64,000 nucleotides of DNA from Eledone cirrhosa (GCA_964016885.1 OZ024747.1:5394001-5458000), one strand, 5' to 3'; positions 13,423-27,169 are shown, numbered from the stretch's first letter. Made by a program: numbers and translations. The notes: generated by a model not told the origin, from the sequence alone.

Positions 13423-13462
13423 GAGAGAGAGAGAGCGGGAGAGAGAGAAAGGGTATAGAAAA

Positions 13463-13610
13463 AGGTAGAACCCCGACCGCGACGCCAAGCGGTTTCGGCT
13501 TGTGTTCTGATTCGCAGACGGGTTTCTACCATCCTTCTAACCCACTATGCTTCTTCCCAGACAAAGAATATTCCTCTGATTTGTGGTCTCCCGATCTCAC
13601 CACCGCAGAT
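13463..13610. mobile_element. Diverged family C-like element with short inverted repeat
   Basis: GGTAGAACCCCGAC...AAGCGGTTTCG...CGGGTTTCTACC, resembling 26986-27170. Confidence 0.45.
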
Positions 13611-13621
13611 ACACACACACA

Positions 13622-13674
<53 letters not shown>

Positions 13675-13685
13675 ACATATATAAA

Positions 13686-13805
13686 GTAACGACCCCCCTT
13701 TGGTCACGAATGACCATAGGGTTTGTACCTAGAAAGTTCCCCTCCGAGGCACAGTCCGGGCAAGATTGTTTGTGGAAGACCAGCAGTCACCCATGCATAT
13801 CAGTC
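13686..13805 (-). mobile_element. SINE family 2, 3' fragment
   Basis: Matches 60444-60545. Confidence 0.75.
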
Positions 13806-14414
13806 CCCGCTCTCTAATTAAGAAACAAAACCTCGCCTTCTCTGTTTATTGTTTAACCTACAATGTATATAGAAAGAGAGAGAAAGTGACGTCCGAACGA
13901 GTATCCTTCATCTGTAGTTGTCTTCAGGTTAGGGAATTGCTGTTGAAAAGTGTTAAAGAGTAACAAAGGAATGCCATATAACCATAGTTGCCCTTAGATT
14001 TATAAGTTACTACAACACAGAAATAGTAATACACACCCTTCATGTTTAACACTGTTGGGTCATTCATTTAATTAACGAACTTTCAATAAATGCATTAACG
14101 AAATTCTCTAACCTACTTATATTGACACACACACACACAACAACGCATATACACATATACACACACACTTATATCAACGCATACAGGCACATCTCTACAC
14201 ATACAAAGCATATACACACACACACACATATGCACACTTACATCAACGCTCACAGGCACACCTCCGCATACACACATCAACGCATACACACACATACACA
14301 TCAACGCATACACACACACACACATCAACGCATACAGGCACACAACGACATATACGTACATATGTAGCCATATAATTATGAGATATTAAATATGTGTAAG
14401 TTTGTGGGTGTATG

Positions 14415-14958
14415 CAGGATTAGATTTAGACATTGAGGGGCGCGAAGTACTTCAGGCTTGCGGGACCCTTCATACACAAAACATTACAATACACAGCAAG
14501 CCTTCCAATTTTACCTATCAAAGTTAGCTTTGTGCAACTAATTGGAATTGAAATGTTAAACATACAAGTATTAAATAAAAATATTCTAACCATTCTAAAA
14601 TTAAAAAGCACAGCTGAGGACACAAATAAATTGCTACAGTTGTCGTTGGTGGGGGCCTGGGGAAATTTCTCCTTTTGCCCCTCCCCCCATTAAAACCGGC
14701 CCTGCTTGACGCTGTTTTAACTCAGAACGCAAAGAACTGGGGGCAGTTATTAAGCTCTTATGATACCATTAATCCTCTACCCTGAATTGGTATTTGATTT
14801 ATTGGCCCCGAAAAAATGAAAAAATGAAAAAGCCCAGCTAAGGGCACGATTAAATTCTACGGCCGTCACTGGTGTGCCCCCCCCCCCCCCCCCAACTGCA
14901 GGGGCCTCGGGGAAATTGGCCCCTCCCACCGCAACCCCACCCATTAAATCAGACCCTG
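14415..14958. mobile_element. hAT-type MITE with a duplicated end
   Basis: CAGG...CCCTG termini with 8-bp flanks GGTGTATG/CGTGTATG (7/8). There is an internal second CCGGCCCTG end at 14704; the interior is the reverse complement of 30887-31163. Confidence 0.7.
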
Positions 14959-15319
14959 CGTGTATGTAGAGCATATTTGTGTGTATCGTCACCGACGCCA
15001 TTACGAAACGATGTCAGAAATACACCACAAACATCCTTTCTTAATGCAGCACCACCACCACCACCACCACCATCCATACAACAACAACAACAGCAACATA
15101 CCACGACCACCACAACCCCTTATTCTGTTCTATCTAATCCTCATTATCATTGTCGTCGTCACCATCATCATCATCATCATCATGACAGCGAAAAGTTAAA
15201 CTGATAATGAATGGTTTGTATAAAGAGACTTAATTGGAGTTTTGTTGGTAGGAGTATTCACTTTGGAATATATAGAGCATAACAGATTGTGTGTTATTAG
15301 TGTATATATATATATATGT

Positions 15320-15765
15320 ATATATGTGTGTGTATGGATGTATACATATATGTATATATAAATATGTGTGTGTATGGATGTATACATATATGTATATATA
15401 AATATATGTGTGTGTATGGATGTATACATATATGTATATATAAATATGTGTGTGTGTATGGATGTATACATATATGTATATATAAATATGTGTGTGTATG
15501 GATGTAAACATATATGTATATATAAATATATGTGTGTGTGTATGGATATATACATATATGTATATATAAATACATGTGTGTGTGTATGGATATATACATA
15601 TATGTATATATAAATACATGTATGGCTGTATACATATATGTATATATAAATATATGTGTGCGTATGGATGTATACATATATGTATATATAAATACATCTA
15701 TGGATATATACATATATGTATATATAAATACATGTGTGCGTGTATGGATGTATACGTATATGTAT
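15320..15765. repeat. ~38-40-bp minisatellite (GTATGGATGTATACATATATGTATATATAAATATGTGT)n
   Basis: About 11 imperfect units. Confidence 0.85.
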
Positions 15766-16160
15766 ATATATATGTATGTGTGTGTGTATTTCTCTTTTAA
15801 ACCGTAAATCGTTGGGGTGCCACATTAATATGGAGGGTTTTTAAGGCATTTTAAAACCTAACGAAGCCCATCCCCTCTCTAGGTCAGAATACAGCAGAAT
15901 TTGTCTAGAGAAAGATAGAGAGTATCAAGATATAGGTAAGAAAGAGATGTAGAGGAAGAATGGACACCAGTATTAGACTGGTACTTTTTTTATCGACTTC
16001 GAATGGATGAGAGGCAAATCTTGACGGGATCTGAACTCAGAGAGCTGAAACTAATCCGGCAAAATATTCAATCCGATGTTCTAACGGCTTTGAAAATTCA
16101 CCTTATATACACATTAAACATCACACACACACTCGCCTTCCCATATACATACACAGACGC

Positions 16161-16229
<69 letters not shown>

Positions 16230-16346
16230 AGAATAGAATTAGAATTTAGCTTCGAACATAGCTTTATACAAATATGTATTTGAATTTCGTATTTCTTTAG
16301 AAATACGAAATTCAAATATGTATATACATGTGTGTGTGTATGTGTG

Positions 16347-16384
<38 letters not shown>

Positions 16385-16840
16385 TTATTAAAATAACAGA
16401 TTAAAGTTTAAGCAAAGAATCGCTGCTTTCACCCTTAAGGGGATCTTCTGAAACTAACAAAGTCAATCTGTAAACGCAGAAGTGAATATTTCAAAAAACG
16501 TTGCAACCGGGGGAAGACAGGAAGACGATACTTTGGTTCGTGGAAACGTTCGCTGGCAAAGAACGGGAAAAAACGAATCTGTTTTCTGTATCAGGAGTTT
16601 TAGGTATGTTTTCCTGCTTGGGACGGGTATGTTCTTTGTAGAAATATTCAGATGTTGTTTCTGCATGATGAATATAAGTCAGTAGAGTGCTCAACTGAGG
16701 GAGCCAAATAGTAATAATAATAAATTTGAAGACTAAAATCCAAAGAGGGCTCGATAAGGATAAATATATATCAAATATATAAGAACCGTAGCGAGCCCTC
16801 TTTGGATTTTAGTCTTCAAATTTATTATTATTACTATATA
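16385..16840. mobile_element. Family B: PLE 3' region (minus strand) plus a fold-back pLTR end
   Basis: 16392-16455 is the reverse complement of the pLTR and continues into ~250 bp of putative 3'UTR/ORF end (..STDLYSSCRNNI*). 16709-16752 and 16792-16836 form an inverted repeat. Confidence 0.7.
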
Positions 16841-16898
16841 TATTATATATATATATATAATATATATATATAAATATATATATATAATATATATATAT

Positions 16899-16931
<33 letters not shown>

Positions 16932-16932
<1 letters not shown>

Positions 16933-17421
16933 AGGCAATTTCTGTTTGTTTGTGTGTTTGTTTGTGAACCTAAAACTATAAAAAAAAACTAACAAACTGA
17001 TCTTGATGAAACTTGACAGGTGTGTGGGGCTCATGCCCATTTGATTTCTTACGTATATTTCATTTTAATCAAAGGGTTCCTCGGAAGTTTTAAAAAAATC
17101 GATAATTTCCAGTCTGCGTCGATTTTTTAAAAAAAATGAATAGGTAATTTGTATGCAAATACTCATATCAATGTTATTTCTGCCATAACTTGTACAGCTC
17201 CCAACAGATTTCCTTCAACATTGAAACACAGATAGATTATCCAGACCATTCGAACAGGGCGTAAGCTGATTATTGATTAACTGATCAGCGAAATGTTCTC
17301 CATAAATCAACTTAATATTCTCTGCTTGCTGTAACATTTATTTTTGGTCTGAGAGGCTTTGGGCATTTTAATGGGAAGTGGGAATATCGCCGTTCCTGGG
17401 TATTACCGGGTACCTCAGCTA

Positions 17422-17422
<1 letters not shown>
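16932..17422 (+). mobile_element. Non-autonomous Helitron-like element
   Basis: 5' CTGTTTGTTTGTGTG tract and GATCTTGATGAAACTTG; 3' GC-rich hairpin CCTGGGTATTACCGGG then CAGCTAGT; between (TA)n. Confidence 0.6.
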
Positions 17423-17457
<35 letters not shown>

Positions 17458-17538
17458 GAATATACAATTATATTGTATATTCAATTATATTACACGGCTC
17501 AGAAAAACTTCTTTCTTTTTTTAGTTTCTAACTCAATA

Positions 17539-17590
<52 letters not shown>

Positions 17591-17975
17591 GAGGTGAGAG
17601 TAGGGCATAAATATATACCCATATATATATATATATATATAATATATATGTGTGGATATATGTGTGTATGTATGCTTGTTTGCCTGAATATATTTGTGTG
17701 TAAGAGTATGCTAATGAGTGGGAGACCTGCTCATTTAACGACTCATTCCCTTTAAATCACATAAACACATCATCATCGGATACTCTCAACACATCCCCCT
17801 TCTTCAGACAATCTATCACGACATTCCATATACTGTCAGCACCACCTAGGGGCGATGATTGACAACATCATTTAGAATTTTATGCCACAAACAGCACGAC
17901 AATAATATACACACACGGCAGCAATGATAGATATATATACTAACACTCAAATACTCTATATGGATATATAATTAC

Positions 17976-18068
<93 letters not shown>

Positions 18069-18675
18069 GGGCAGTACACATAACAGATAGTGGAAAAACG
18101 AATGGTCCTTTCTCTCGTGTCACCCTCTTGAAATCACTATATATATATATATATATACAGAGAGAGAGAGAGAGAGAGAGAGAAATATATATATATGTAT
18201 ATATACATTCATAAGGAAGTGTGAGTGTATGTGTTTATTCAGGTGTGTATACATACAACACCTATAGAGAGTAGAGGTAAAGAGACGACCTCATGTGTGT
18301 GTTTGTATATCTCTGAAATCATCTATATGCCGTGGACCCGTTTATCTGCTAGAAATAGACAAGAAATATCCCTCATTCCACTCCTAATATCTTAAAATAG
18401 GAAAGATACAAAGAATAATGTAGATTTAGATAAACAAAAGGCTGGGTGGACAGGGTTGGAATGTCTTTGGTTATAGGTTTGTTCAATTGATGCTGACTTG
18501 TATGTATGTATGTGAGCTTGAAACCAAGTGGTTCCTAAACGAACAACTTAACCACATTGCCATGTTGACCCCTATTCTTTATGTTCAGTGACCCCCGTAG
18601 AGGCCTGCCCCAAGGTTGTTAATATTGTTTTTGTTGAACTACAGATCAGCATTAATTGAACAGATCAACTATAAG

Positions 18676-18859
18676 GGCGGTGGATTGGCAGTATCGGTAG
18701 AGGGTCGGACGCCATGCTTTCCAGCATAGTTACGTCCCTTTACGATCAGAGTTCAAATCCCGCCGAGGTTGACTTTGCCTTTCATCCTTACGGGGTCGAT
18801 AAAATAAAGTACCAGTAATGCACTGGGTAATTGCTGGCCTTGTGCCTAAAGTAGAAACA
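18676..18859 (+). mobile_element. Full-length young SINE family 1 with 25-bp TSD
   Basis: TSD ATTAATTGAACAGATCAACTATAAG at 18651-18675 and 18860-18884; A and B boxes intact. Confidence 0.92.
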
Positions 18860-18884
18860 ATTAATTGAACAGATCAACTATAAG

Positions 18885-19030
18885 AAAGCCTAGCAACCGT
18901 GACCATCCCGTCTTTTTAGTATATTCAGGAACCCTACGCCACATTATCCAATGTATCCTTTTCTTAGATAGTGACGTGCTATTTGAGGCAAATTTAGGTG
19001 GTGTTTCTAGCAGCTGAAGCGACCAGCGAA
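18885..19030 (-). repeat. Old dispersed repeat (CTGCTAGAAATAGCAGCCAAAT..CCTCAAATCACAC..GGATAATGT)
   Basis: Diverged copies also at about 1545, 18345, 23525, 41970, 48530, 48870 and 58200-58430. Confidence 0.6.
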
Positions 19031-19304
19031 GTGCGTTTCTCGTGTTTCAAGGCTGCTCATCCAGCTGCACGCAAGCAAACAATCTAGATTTACAGACCAG
19101 CACAAAATACTTTGGGCCCAGCCCACAGCTAAAATACAAAACAGTGGTGGTGGGGTTGTGTGCGGTAGTGGTGGTGGGGTTGTGTGCGGTAGTGGTGGTG
19201 GGGTTGTGTGCGGTAGTGGTGGTGGGGTTGTTGTTATTAAACACAAGTCATTCTTGGTCGAAAAGATCCTTGATCAAAAACCAAATTTATTATATACTTA
19301 TTGT

Positions 19305-20180
19305 TATTGAGTTCAAATCCCACCGAGGTTAACTTTGACTCCCATCCTTCCTAGGTCGATAAAATAAAGTACCAACTAAATACTGGGGTTCATTTAATCA
19401 ATTTTGACCTTTCCCCAAATGTTCTGGCTTGTTCTGTCATTACAACTCCTTACTATTGCTTTTATAAGGGTTGTGCGGTGTTATGGCCCTTTACGTGCTG
19501 AGTTCAAATCCTGTCGAGGTTAGATATTCCTTTCATGTTTATGGGGTTGATAAAATAAAGTACCAGTAACGCACTGGGGTCTATTTAATCGACCCTCTCC
19601 ACCTAAAACAATTGTTGGCTTTCTTCCTAAATCAGGAACCCTTATTATTGCTTGTCTATTTAATATTTTATTTGTTGACTAGCAGAATAACCTGGTCTTG
19701 CTCGGGTTAACAGAAAATATATAAATGTATATAGTCTTCTTCTTGAAAAGATGTGACCCTGTGCAAAATTCTAGCTACGAAAGCATACATACATAGACAT
19801 TACGGGTCAATACATAGTGTAATATGAGTGAAATTTGGTTGATATTTCTAGGACTAGCCACTACGGAGATGGCAGCGTGTTACTCCGTTAGCTTTGCCTT
19901 TCATCTTTGCAGAGTAGATAAAATGAATAAAATAAAGTACCAGCAACGCACTGAGGTCGATTTAATCAACTTTCCCCTCTTCCCAAATTGTTGAACTTAA
20001 GCCTAAACTAAAAATCATTATACCATATGTTCTGCGTTCAAATCCCACCGAGGTTAGCTTTGCCATTCGTATTTACGGAGTCGATAAAATAAAGTAGCAG
20101 TAACGCACTGGGGTCGATTTAATCAAATTTCCCCTGCCACCAAATCGTTGACCTTGTACCTAAATTAGAAATTATTCTAA
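19305..20180 (+). mobile_element. Cluster of four same-strand partial SINE family 1 copies, interrupted by a Helitron-like end (ACTAG.. at 19678, minus)
   Basis: Repeated GAGTTCAAATCC..GTCGATAAAATAAAGTACC at about 19310, 19500, 19890 and 20035. Confidence 0.7.
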
Positions 20181-20332
20181 TGGTAGCAGTGATATAGTTA
20201 TGTTGACAGTTACTGAAGATCAAGGTGTGGTTGATGTTTTATCTAAATGTGAGGAAGATATGGGCGATGTCACATGAAATCTAGAAGTGTCTTTGAAACA
20301 CTTTACACACGCAACAGAGTTTGCCCTGTATT

Positions 20333-20372
<40 letters not shown>

Positions 20373-20960
20373 TTCTCCGTTTTCCCTTTGTCTTAACAAC
20401 GCCTATGTCTCGTGTGTTTCTGGAGATTTCTGTGTAAAGTAAGGCATACATATATGTAAAGATACATATATATATATATATATATATAAGCACATACACA
20501 CATTCACACACGTACCGGTATGTATTTGTATATATATAAACAAACATATACATACAGGGGAATGTATGTATGTGTATATACACCACACACGTACCGGTAT
20601 GTATGTGTATATATATATATATAAACAAACACATACATACAGGGGAATGTATGTATGTATGTGTGTATACATGCACACACATTCACACGGGTTTGTACGT
20701 GTGCATATATTGTAAATTGAGACATATAAACCTCACAATACTCGTATCAATTCGTTTAATCGGGGCAGTTATTCACGGGGAGGGATCTATAATATAACTA
20801 ATTAATTGAGTCTATGACCATTGTTGGATACATATCATGTATCTGTGTGTGTGTGTAAGTAATATACATATATATGTGTGTGTTTGTGTATTGTGTTCGT
20901 GAGTAATGTATGTGTAATATATATATGTGTGTGTGTATAATTTTTTAGTGTGTGTAAGTA

Positions 20961-21013
<53 letters not shown>

Positions 21014-21429
21014 ATTGTGGGTGTCTTAGTATTTACGTTGTCCTGCTCACGATCATAAGATTGTGTGTTCGATTCCCAGTAGCGTGAACCAACGACATCA
21101 TATTAAATTGCCACAGTCCACTAGGCTGACACGTCAAAGACAACAGACACACCTTCTTCTTCTTCTGTTTTTTTTTCTTTCTTTTTTTTCTCCCAGCCTC
21201 TGTTAAATTTCTTTTAACATTTCCTTTAAACCAATTATATCCACCATGATATACACCGTGGTTTATTTATCGCTACAATGACAAAGATACATAGATGTTT
21301 AACATCTATTTTACCACGCTTGCATGGGTTAGACGGCTTGTCATGTCAGGTGACTACATCGTGCTCCTTCGGATCTCTGTATTTTGGCTTGGTTTCTACT
21401 GCAGAATACCCTTCACAACACCAACAATG

Positions 21430-21467
<38 letters not shown>

Positions 21468-21511
21468 CGACCGTCCCCTCAATCTAACTATCTTATTTCT
21501 CATTCTTTATT

Positions 21512-21543
21512 CTAATGAAGGAGTAGCGTCCGAAACGTTAAGA
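21512..21543 (+). ncRNA. Decayed minimal hammerhead motif
   Basis: CTAATGA-a gga gtagcg tcc-GAAA-cgt-TA; G5 mutated to A; between (TA)n and (CA)n. Confidence 0.4.
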
Positions 21544-21624
21544 CCGTCTTCCTGCTATATCAAGCGTTAACCTAATATATCCCTTCCATATATTGTACCG
21601 ATTGTGTTGTTATTTCTGTTTACC

Positions 21625-21711
<87 letters not shown>

Positions 21712-21943
21712 CACACACACACAGAGTGTTAGTTCCACAATAAATTAAAGATTAACAAACCATACTTGAGTACACGTGCTGCTCCCGAACTCGTCCTTTG
21801 GACTGAGTGTTCAATCAACTTGGGATAAAACCTCCCGTTTTTCACTACCGGGTTCGATTCCCGGCATGGGAACGCATTTATTCAAGAGCGGTGCCCCAAC
21901 ATGGCCTCAGCCGGATGGCTGGAACAGGTAAAAGAGTAAAAGC

Positions 21944-21975
<32 letters not shown>

Positions 21976-21977
<2 letters not shown>

Positions 21978-22082
21978 CGAAGGAAATGTGGTAAGGAACC
22001 AGGTGGACCATAACGCACCAAAGTACTCAATACTTAGGGTAGTAGAGTGGGTAATAGGAACGAGTAGGACCCCCTACTCGTT

Positions 22083-22086
<4 letters not shown>
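21976..22086. mobile_element. Family C element (short) ending in a hairpin, inside (TA)n
   Basis: AACGAAGGAAATGTGGTAAGGAACCAGGTGGACC...TAGGAACGAGTAG gaccc CCTACTCGTTCCTA. Confidence 0.8.
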
Positions 22087-22166
<80 letters not shown>

Positions 22167-22307
22167 ACACAACTACAACACCTATGCTGAGTATATCGAT
22201 TAAAACAAAGATAAAGATGTAATTTCTTCAGCCCAGGTCAGTTCTGATCGAGAAGCTAATGATCGTTATTGACTACTTGTATATTCGTCGTCATCCTCGT
22301 CGTCGTC

Positions 22308-22340
<33 letters not shown>

Positions 22341-22774
22341 GAAAATAAATCTTTATCTAAAAAAAAGACTTCAAGTAAAAATTTAAGAAGGCAAGGAGCT
22401 GACTCTGAATTTTTATTAATTAAAATTAATGATAATTAAATGATAAAGATTTTTTCGTGAATGAAAATTGATTTACGTGATGATTTAAAATTACTCACGG
22501 ACTCCTTCAGTATGGAAACCCAATTGTAAAGCGGATGCTAGCAGAGTGTGTGAAGTCATTTATTGTATTAAATTTTCATAGTGATGAAAACAAATCAGAA
22601 TCCAAATGATTAAATTCTCGTTTTTTTTTTAATCGAAATTTTAATTAATTTAAATTAATTAAATATGGAATGCAACGGAAAGGGTGTTTGAATTTTAACA
22701 GTTAACTCTAAGTCGGGTGATCTGCCAGATTCGTTACAGTAGTGGATAGAATGATATACAATAACATGTTTTAT

Positions 22775-22945
22775 GGCATAGAGTTACGGCCTTTTACGAT
22801 CTGAGTTCAAATCCTGCCGAGGTTAAATTTTCCTTTCATCCTTACGAGGTCGATAAAATAAAGTACCAGTAATGCACTGGGTAGATTTAGTTGACTTTCC
22901 TCTTCCCAAAAATTATTAATCTTATGTCTAATTCAGAAAGCAATA
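22775..22945 (+). mobile_element. SINE family 1
   Basis: B box and central domain present. Confidence 0.75.
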
Positions 22946-24404
22946 TTTTTCCTGGCTGTCTATTTATACCCTCCTTTCACAACCGCCTCTCATCCTTTCC
23001 ATAATGAAAGTGTTAGCTCAGCGCTGACACTGCTTTCTCTTACTCCATCTGTCACATCCTCTGTGTTTCACTTTCCAAAGAGAATGTTTATATTTGCTAA
23101 CCATCACACTGGTGCCTAAAATCATTTCCGAAAGAATAATGCGTATTACCATATCATACACGGTTGTGAATTACGACCGCAGTTTTATTTTCTTAACAAC
23201 GCCAGCCCTGTTTCGGTCTTATTAGACCTTTTCAGCAAAGTATAATCTAAAAGTAAAAGACTGATCATAGAATCATCAGGGAGGATAGTTTTTATTTTTT
23301 TTCGAAAATGAACAATGACGTAATAAATCTAGAGAATATCTAAATACCATCTTTACATAAAATCGTGAGGATTTACTTTAGATTATTGACGTCTAATATA
23401 CATAGCTATCCGCCATATTATATTCATTCCTCATCTGTCATCGTTACCTGCTGTTCTTCCCTCACTCTACTTTTTTATCTTTTCGAGACAACGAAAGAGG
23501 CCTCAATGGGAGGGGGTGCTCTCTCTGCTAGAAATAGCACCCAAATGTCCCTCAAATCTCACCTTGCTGCCTTACAAAGAAAGTACACACTATCTGAATA
23601 AGATGGAGTGGTCATGGTAGGAATGTTTGATGCTAGGAAGTCTACTCAATCCGAAACAATAGCATTATCATCATCCTTGTTCTAATTTTCCCTTCCTACT
23701 TTTCCTCCTCATTCTCCTTCTTCTTAACATAGTCATCTTCAAAATCAATCTCATCATCATCATCATCATCGATCTTTCCCTGTTCTTTCTCCCTCCTTCC
23801 CAACATCATCCCTTATCGCCCCCCCCCCCTCTCCTCTCATCCATAATTATTACTGTATCTTTGTGACTGGTGATGGTGATGATAGTGGTGATAGTGATGG
23901 TGATGATTGTGGTGATGATGGTGATGATGGTGGTAGGGATGATGGGAGTGGTGGTAATGAAGGCCATGCTGGAGAATATGGTGGCCAATGATGATGATGA
24001 TGACGATAATGGTGATGATGACGATGATGATGATGGTGATTGTGGTGAGCATGATGATGATGGTGACGATGATGATGGTGATGATGATGATGATGATGGA
24101 AATAATGGTAACGATTAGAGTGATTTGTGCTTTTCAATTTGCTTCGCTTGCATTACTTTCACATACACACACACACACATATACACACATACAGACACAC
24201 AAACATATACACACATACACACACACACATATACACACATACAGACACACAAACAATGGTATACACACACACAAACAATGGTATACACACACACACACAC
24301 AGAATGACATACACACAAACGTCTAAGGCGATTTGAAAAAGAAAAGAAATCTGTTCTTAGATTATCTTTCAATATAATGTAATCCCTAACTAACAGATGT
24401 CTCC

Positions 24405-25042
24405 CTCACCACCACCACCACCGTCATCACCACCACCACTGTCATCACCACCACCACCACCCCCACTGTCATCACTTCCACTACCACCACCACCACTGTC
24501 ATCACCACCACCCCCACTATCATCACTTCCACTACCACCACCACCACTGTCATCACCTCCACCACCACAATCATTGTCATCACCACCACTACCACCACCA
24601 CCTCTACAACTACCACCACCACCACCACCACCATCACCACCACCACCATCACCTCCACCACCACCACCTCTACAACTACCACCCCCACCACCACTATCAC
24701 CACCACCTTCACCACCTCTACAACTACCACCACCACCACCACCTCTACCACCACCACCATCACCACCACCACCACCTCTACAACTATCACCACAACCACC
24801 ACTACCACCTCTACAACTACCACCACCACCACCACCATCACCACCACCACCATCACCACCACCACCACCACCTCTACAACTACCACCACCATCACCACCA
24901 CCACCACCACCTCTACAACTACCACCACCACCTCTATAACCACCACCACCACCACCTCTACAACTACCACCACCACCACCACCACCTCTACCACCACCAC
25001 CACCACCTCTACCACCACCACCACCACCACCACCACCACCAC
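24405..25042. repeat. (CAC)n-derived low-complexity repeat
   Basis: Direct inspection. Confidence 0.95.
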
Positions 25043-25185
25043 TTACACTGCCACCATAAAGTAAGAGCAGTGACAATATTCCCCTTTTCTCACCTCTGAC
25101 ATCGGGGACAATGAGAATTGTATCATGAGACCTGCTACATCAGAGTGAACTTTACTAGAAGCACCCACACGTTCCCACGATTCAA

Positions 25186-25836
25186 GTAGTGGTGTTAAAC
25201 CGGGTGGCCACGAGTTAGGTAGTGGTATTAAACCGGGTGGCCACGAGTTAGGTAGTGGTGTTAAACCGGGTGGCCACGAGTTAGGTAGTGGTGTTAAACC
25301 GGGTGGCCACGAGTTAGGTAGTGGTATTAAACCGGGTGGCCACGAGTTAGGTAGTGGTGTTAAACCGGGTGGCCACGAGTTAGGTAGTGATGTTAAACCG
25401 GGTGGCCACGAGTTCGGTAGTGGTGTTAAACCGGGTGGCCACGAGTTAGGTAGTGATGTTAAACCGGGTGGCCACGAGTTCGGTAGTGGTGTTAAACCGG
25501 GTGGCCACGAGTTAGGTAGTGGTGTTAAACCGGGTGGCCACGAGTTAGGTAGTGATGTTAAACCGGGTGGCCACGAGTTAGGTAGTGGTGTTAAACCGGG
25601 TGGCCACGAGTTAGGTAGTGGTGTTAAACCGGGTGGCCACGAGTTCGGTAGTGGTGTTAAACCGGGTGGCCACGAGTTAGGTAGTGGTGTTAAACCGGGT
25701 GGCCACGAGTTCGGTAGTGGTGTTAAACCGGGTGGCCACGAGTTAGGTAGTGGTGTTAAACCGGGTGGCCACGAGTTAGGTAGTGATGTTAAACCGGGTG
25801 GCCACGAGTTCGGTAGTGGTGTTAAACCGGGTGGAC
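25186..25836. repeat. 33-bp minisatellite (GTAGTGGTGTTAAACCGGGTGGCCACGAGTTAG)n, about 20 copies
   Basis: Near-identical units; ends in a palindrome at 25846-25905. Confidence 0.95.
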
Positions 25837-26394
25837 AGGAGTCAAGTAGAGTTAAGCTGCCACCCGGTTTAACACCAGTTAAATCGGGTGGCAGCTTAAC
25901 TCTACCCCGTTTCATAAGTCAACTGGTGAAATCAATGGACGTTTTTTCAGTCGTATTAAATTACTAATAGCTACTTCTGTATACATTCTGCAGGTTTAGC
26001 TATCCTCCGCTAGGATTGCATCATTTATTTCACCCTGGTCACTATTGCCTGAAAGTAGTTGACTCTATACTAAATTCATCCTTTTGACAGATGTTGCTTT
26101 AACCTGCTGAGTAACTTATTAAACCTCCTCAGCGAAGCATATTCAACTCAGTTGCAGAGACTAAGAGAGATAACTATGTTTAGAAGTAGAAGCAATCTAG
26201 AAGCAAGGAGTATTAAGTATTGTCCTAAACCAATCAAACTACTTGATATATAAACTAATTTCTTTGACGTGGCAGACACTTTCATATATATTTCGACCAA
26301 TGAAATTCCTTCACTTATAATATAAACGATTAATGATGGAATGGTCTTCTGGAACACTCTGTAAGTATTTTCTTCTCTAACGTTTGTTATAATA

Positions 26395-26640
26395 AATATT
26401 TGTCTCTACTTTTTGCACAAGGCCAGCAATTATCCCAGTGTATTACTGGTACTTTATATATATTAAATATATATATATTAATTTAATATATATATTTAAT
26501 ATATATAAATTAAATAATTGTTTCTACATTTGGCACAAGGCCAGCAATTATCCAGTGTATTACTGGTGCTTTATTTTATCGACCCCGTAAGGATGAAAGG
26601 CAAAGTTAACCTCGGTGGGATTTGAATTCAGACCTTAAAG
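26395..26640 (-). mobile_element. SINE family 1, 5'-truncated, with a duplicated 3' end
   Basis: Two GCACAAGGCCAGCAATTATCC..TTACTGGT copies separated by an AT tract. Confidence 0.8.
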
Positions 26641-26733
26641 AACTGATAGGAAAATATATACCATGTCGTAGATAATAAGTCTTATGAAAACTTCTTATCC
26701 CATTGCCTAGTCCCAATTTAATGCTGGTATAGT

Positions 26734-26963
26734 CACTCAGCTGTAGAAATGAGTTGCGATGTCACTGGTACCAAACTGTATCGGCCATCACCTTTCCCTT
26801 GGACAGCATCGGTGGCGTGGAGAGAGGAGAGACTGGTATATATATATGGGCGACTGCTGGTCTTCCACAAACAAACTTGCCCAGACTTGTACCTTGCGGT
26901 GGGTGGGGGGACTTTCTAGGTCCAAATCCCATGGTTATTCGTGACCGAAGGGGGTCTTTACCC
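26734..26963 (+). mobile_element. SINE family 2, 5'-truncated
   Basis: Reverse complement of 60444-60640. Confidence 0.8.
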
Positions 26964-26985
26964 CTATATATATATATATATATAT

Positions 26986-27169
26986 AGGAACGAGTAGAAC
27001 CCCGACGGCTGAGCGCAAGCCGTTTCGACGGCTAATTGAGTCCAGAATTAGCCGTTGAAACGGCTTGAGCTCAGCCGTCGGGGTCCTACTCGTTCCTATT
27101 ACCCACTCTACTACCCTAAGTACTTTGGTGCGTTATGGTCCACCTGGTTCCTTACCACATTTCCTTCGT

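Noticed and set aside
16460-16700. SECIS element in the putative PLE 3'UTR
   Set aside because: No convincing AUGA/AA/GA kink-turn stem was visible by eye.
24386-25915. Pro-, Gly- and Val-rich ORFs and the PPGLTPLPNSW repeat ORF
   Set aside because: Translations of a (CAC)n repeat and a minisatellite.
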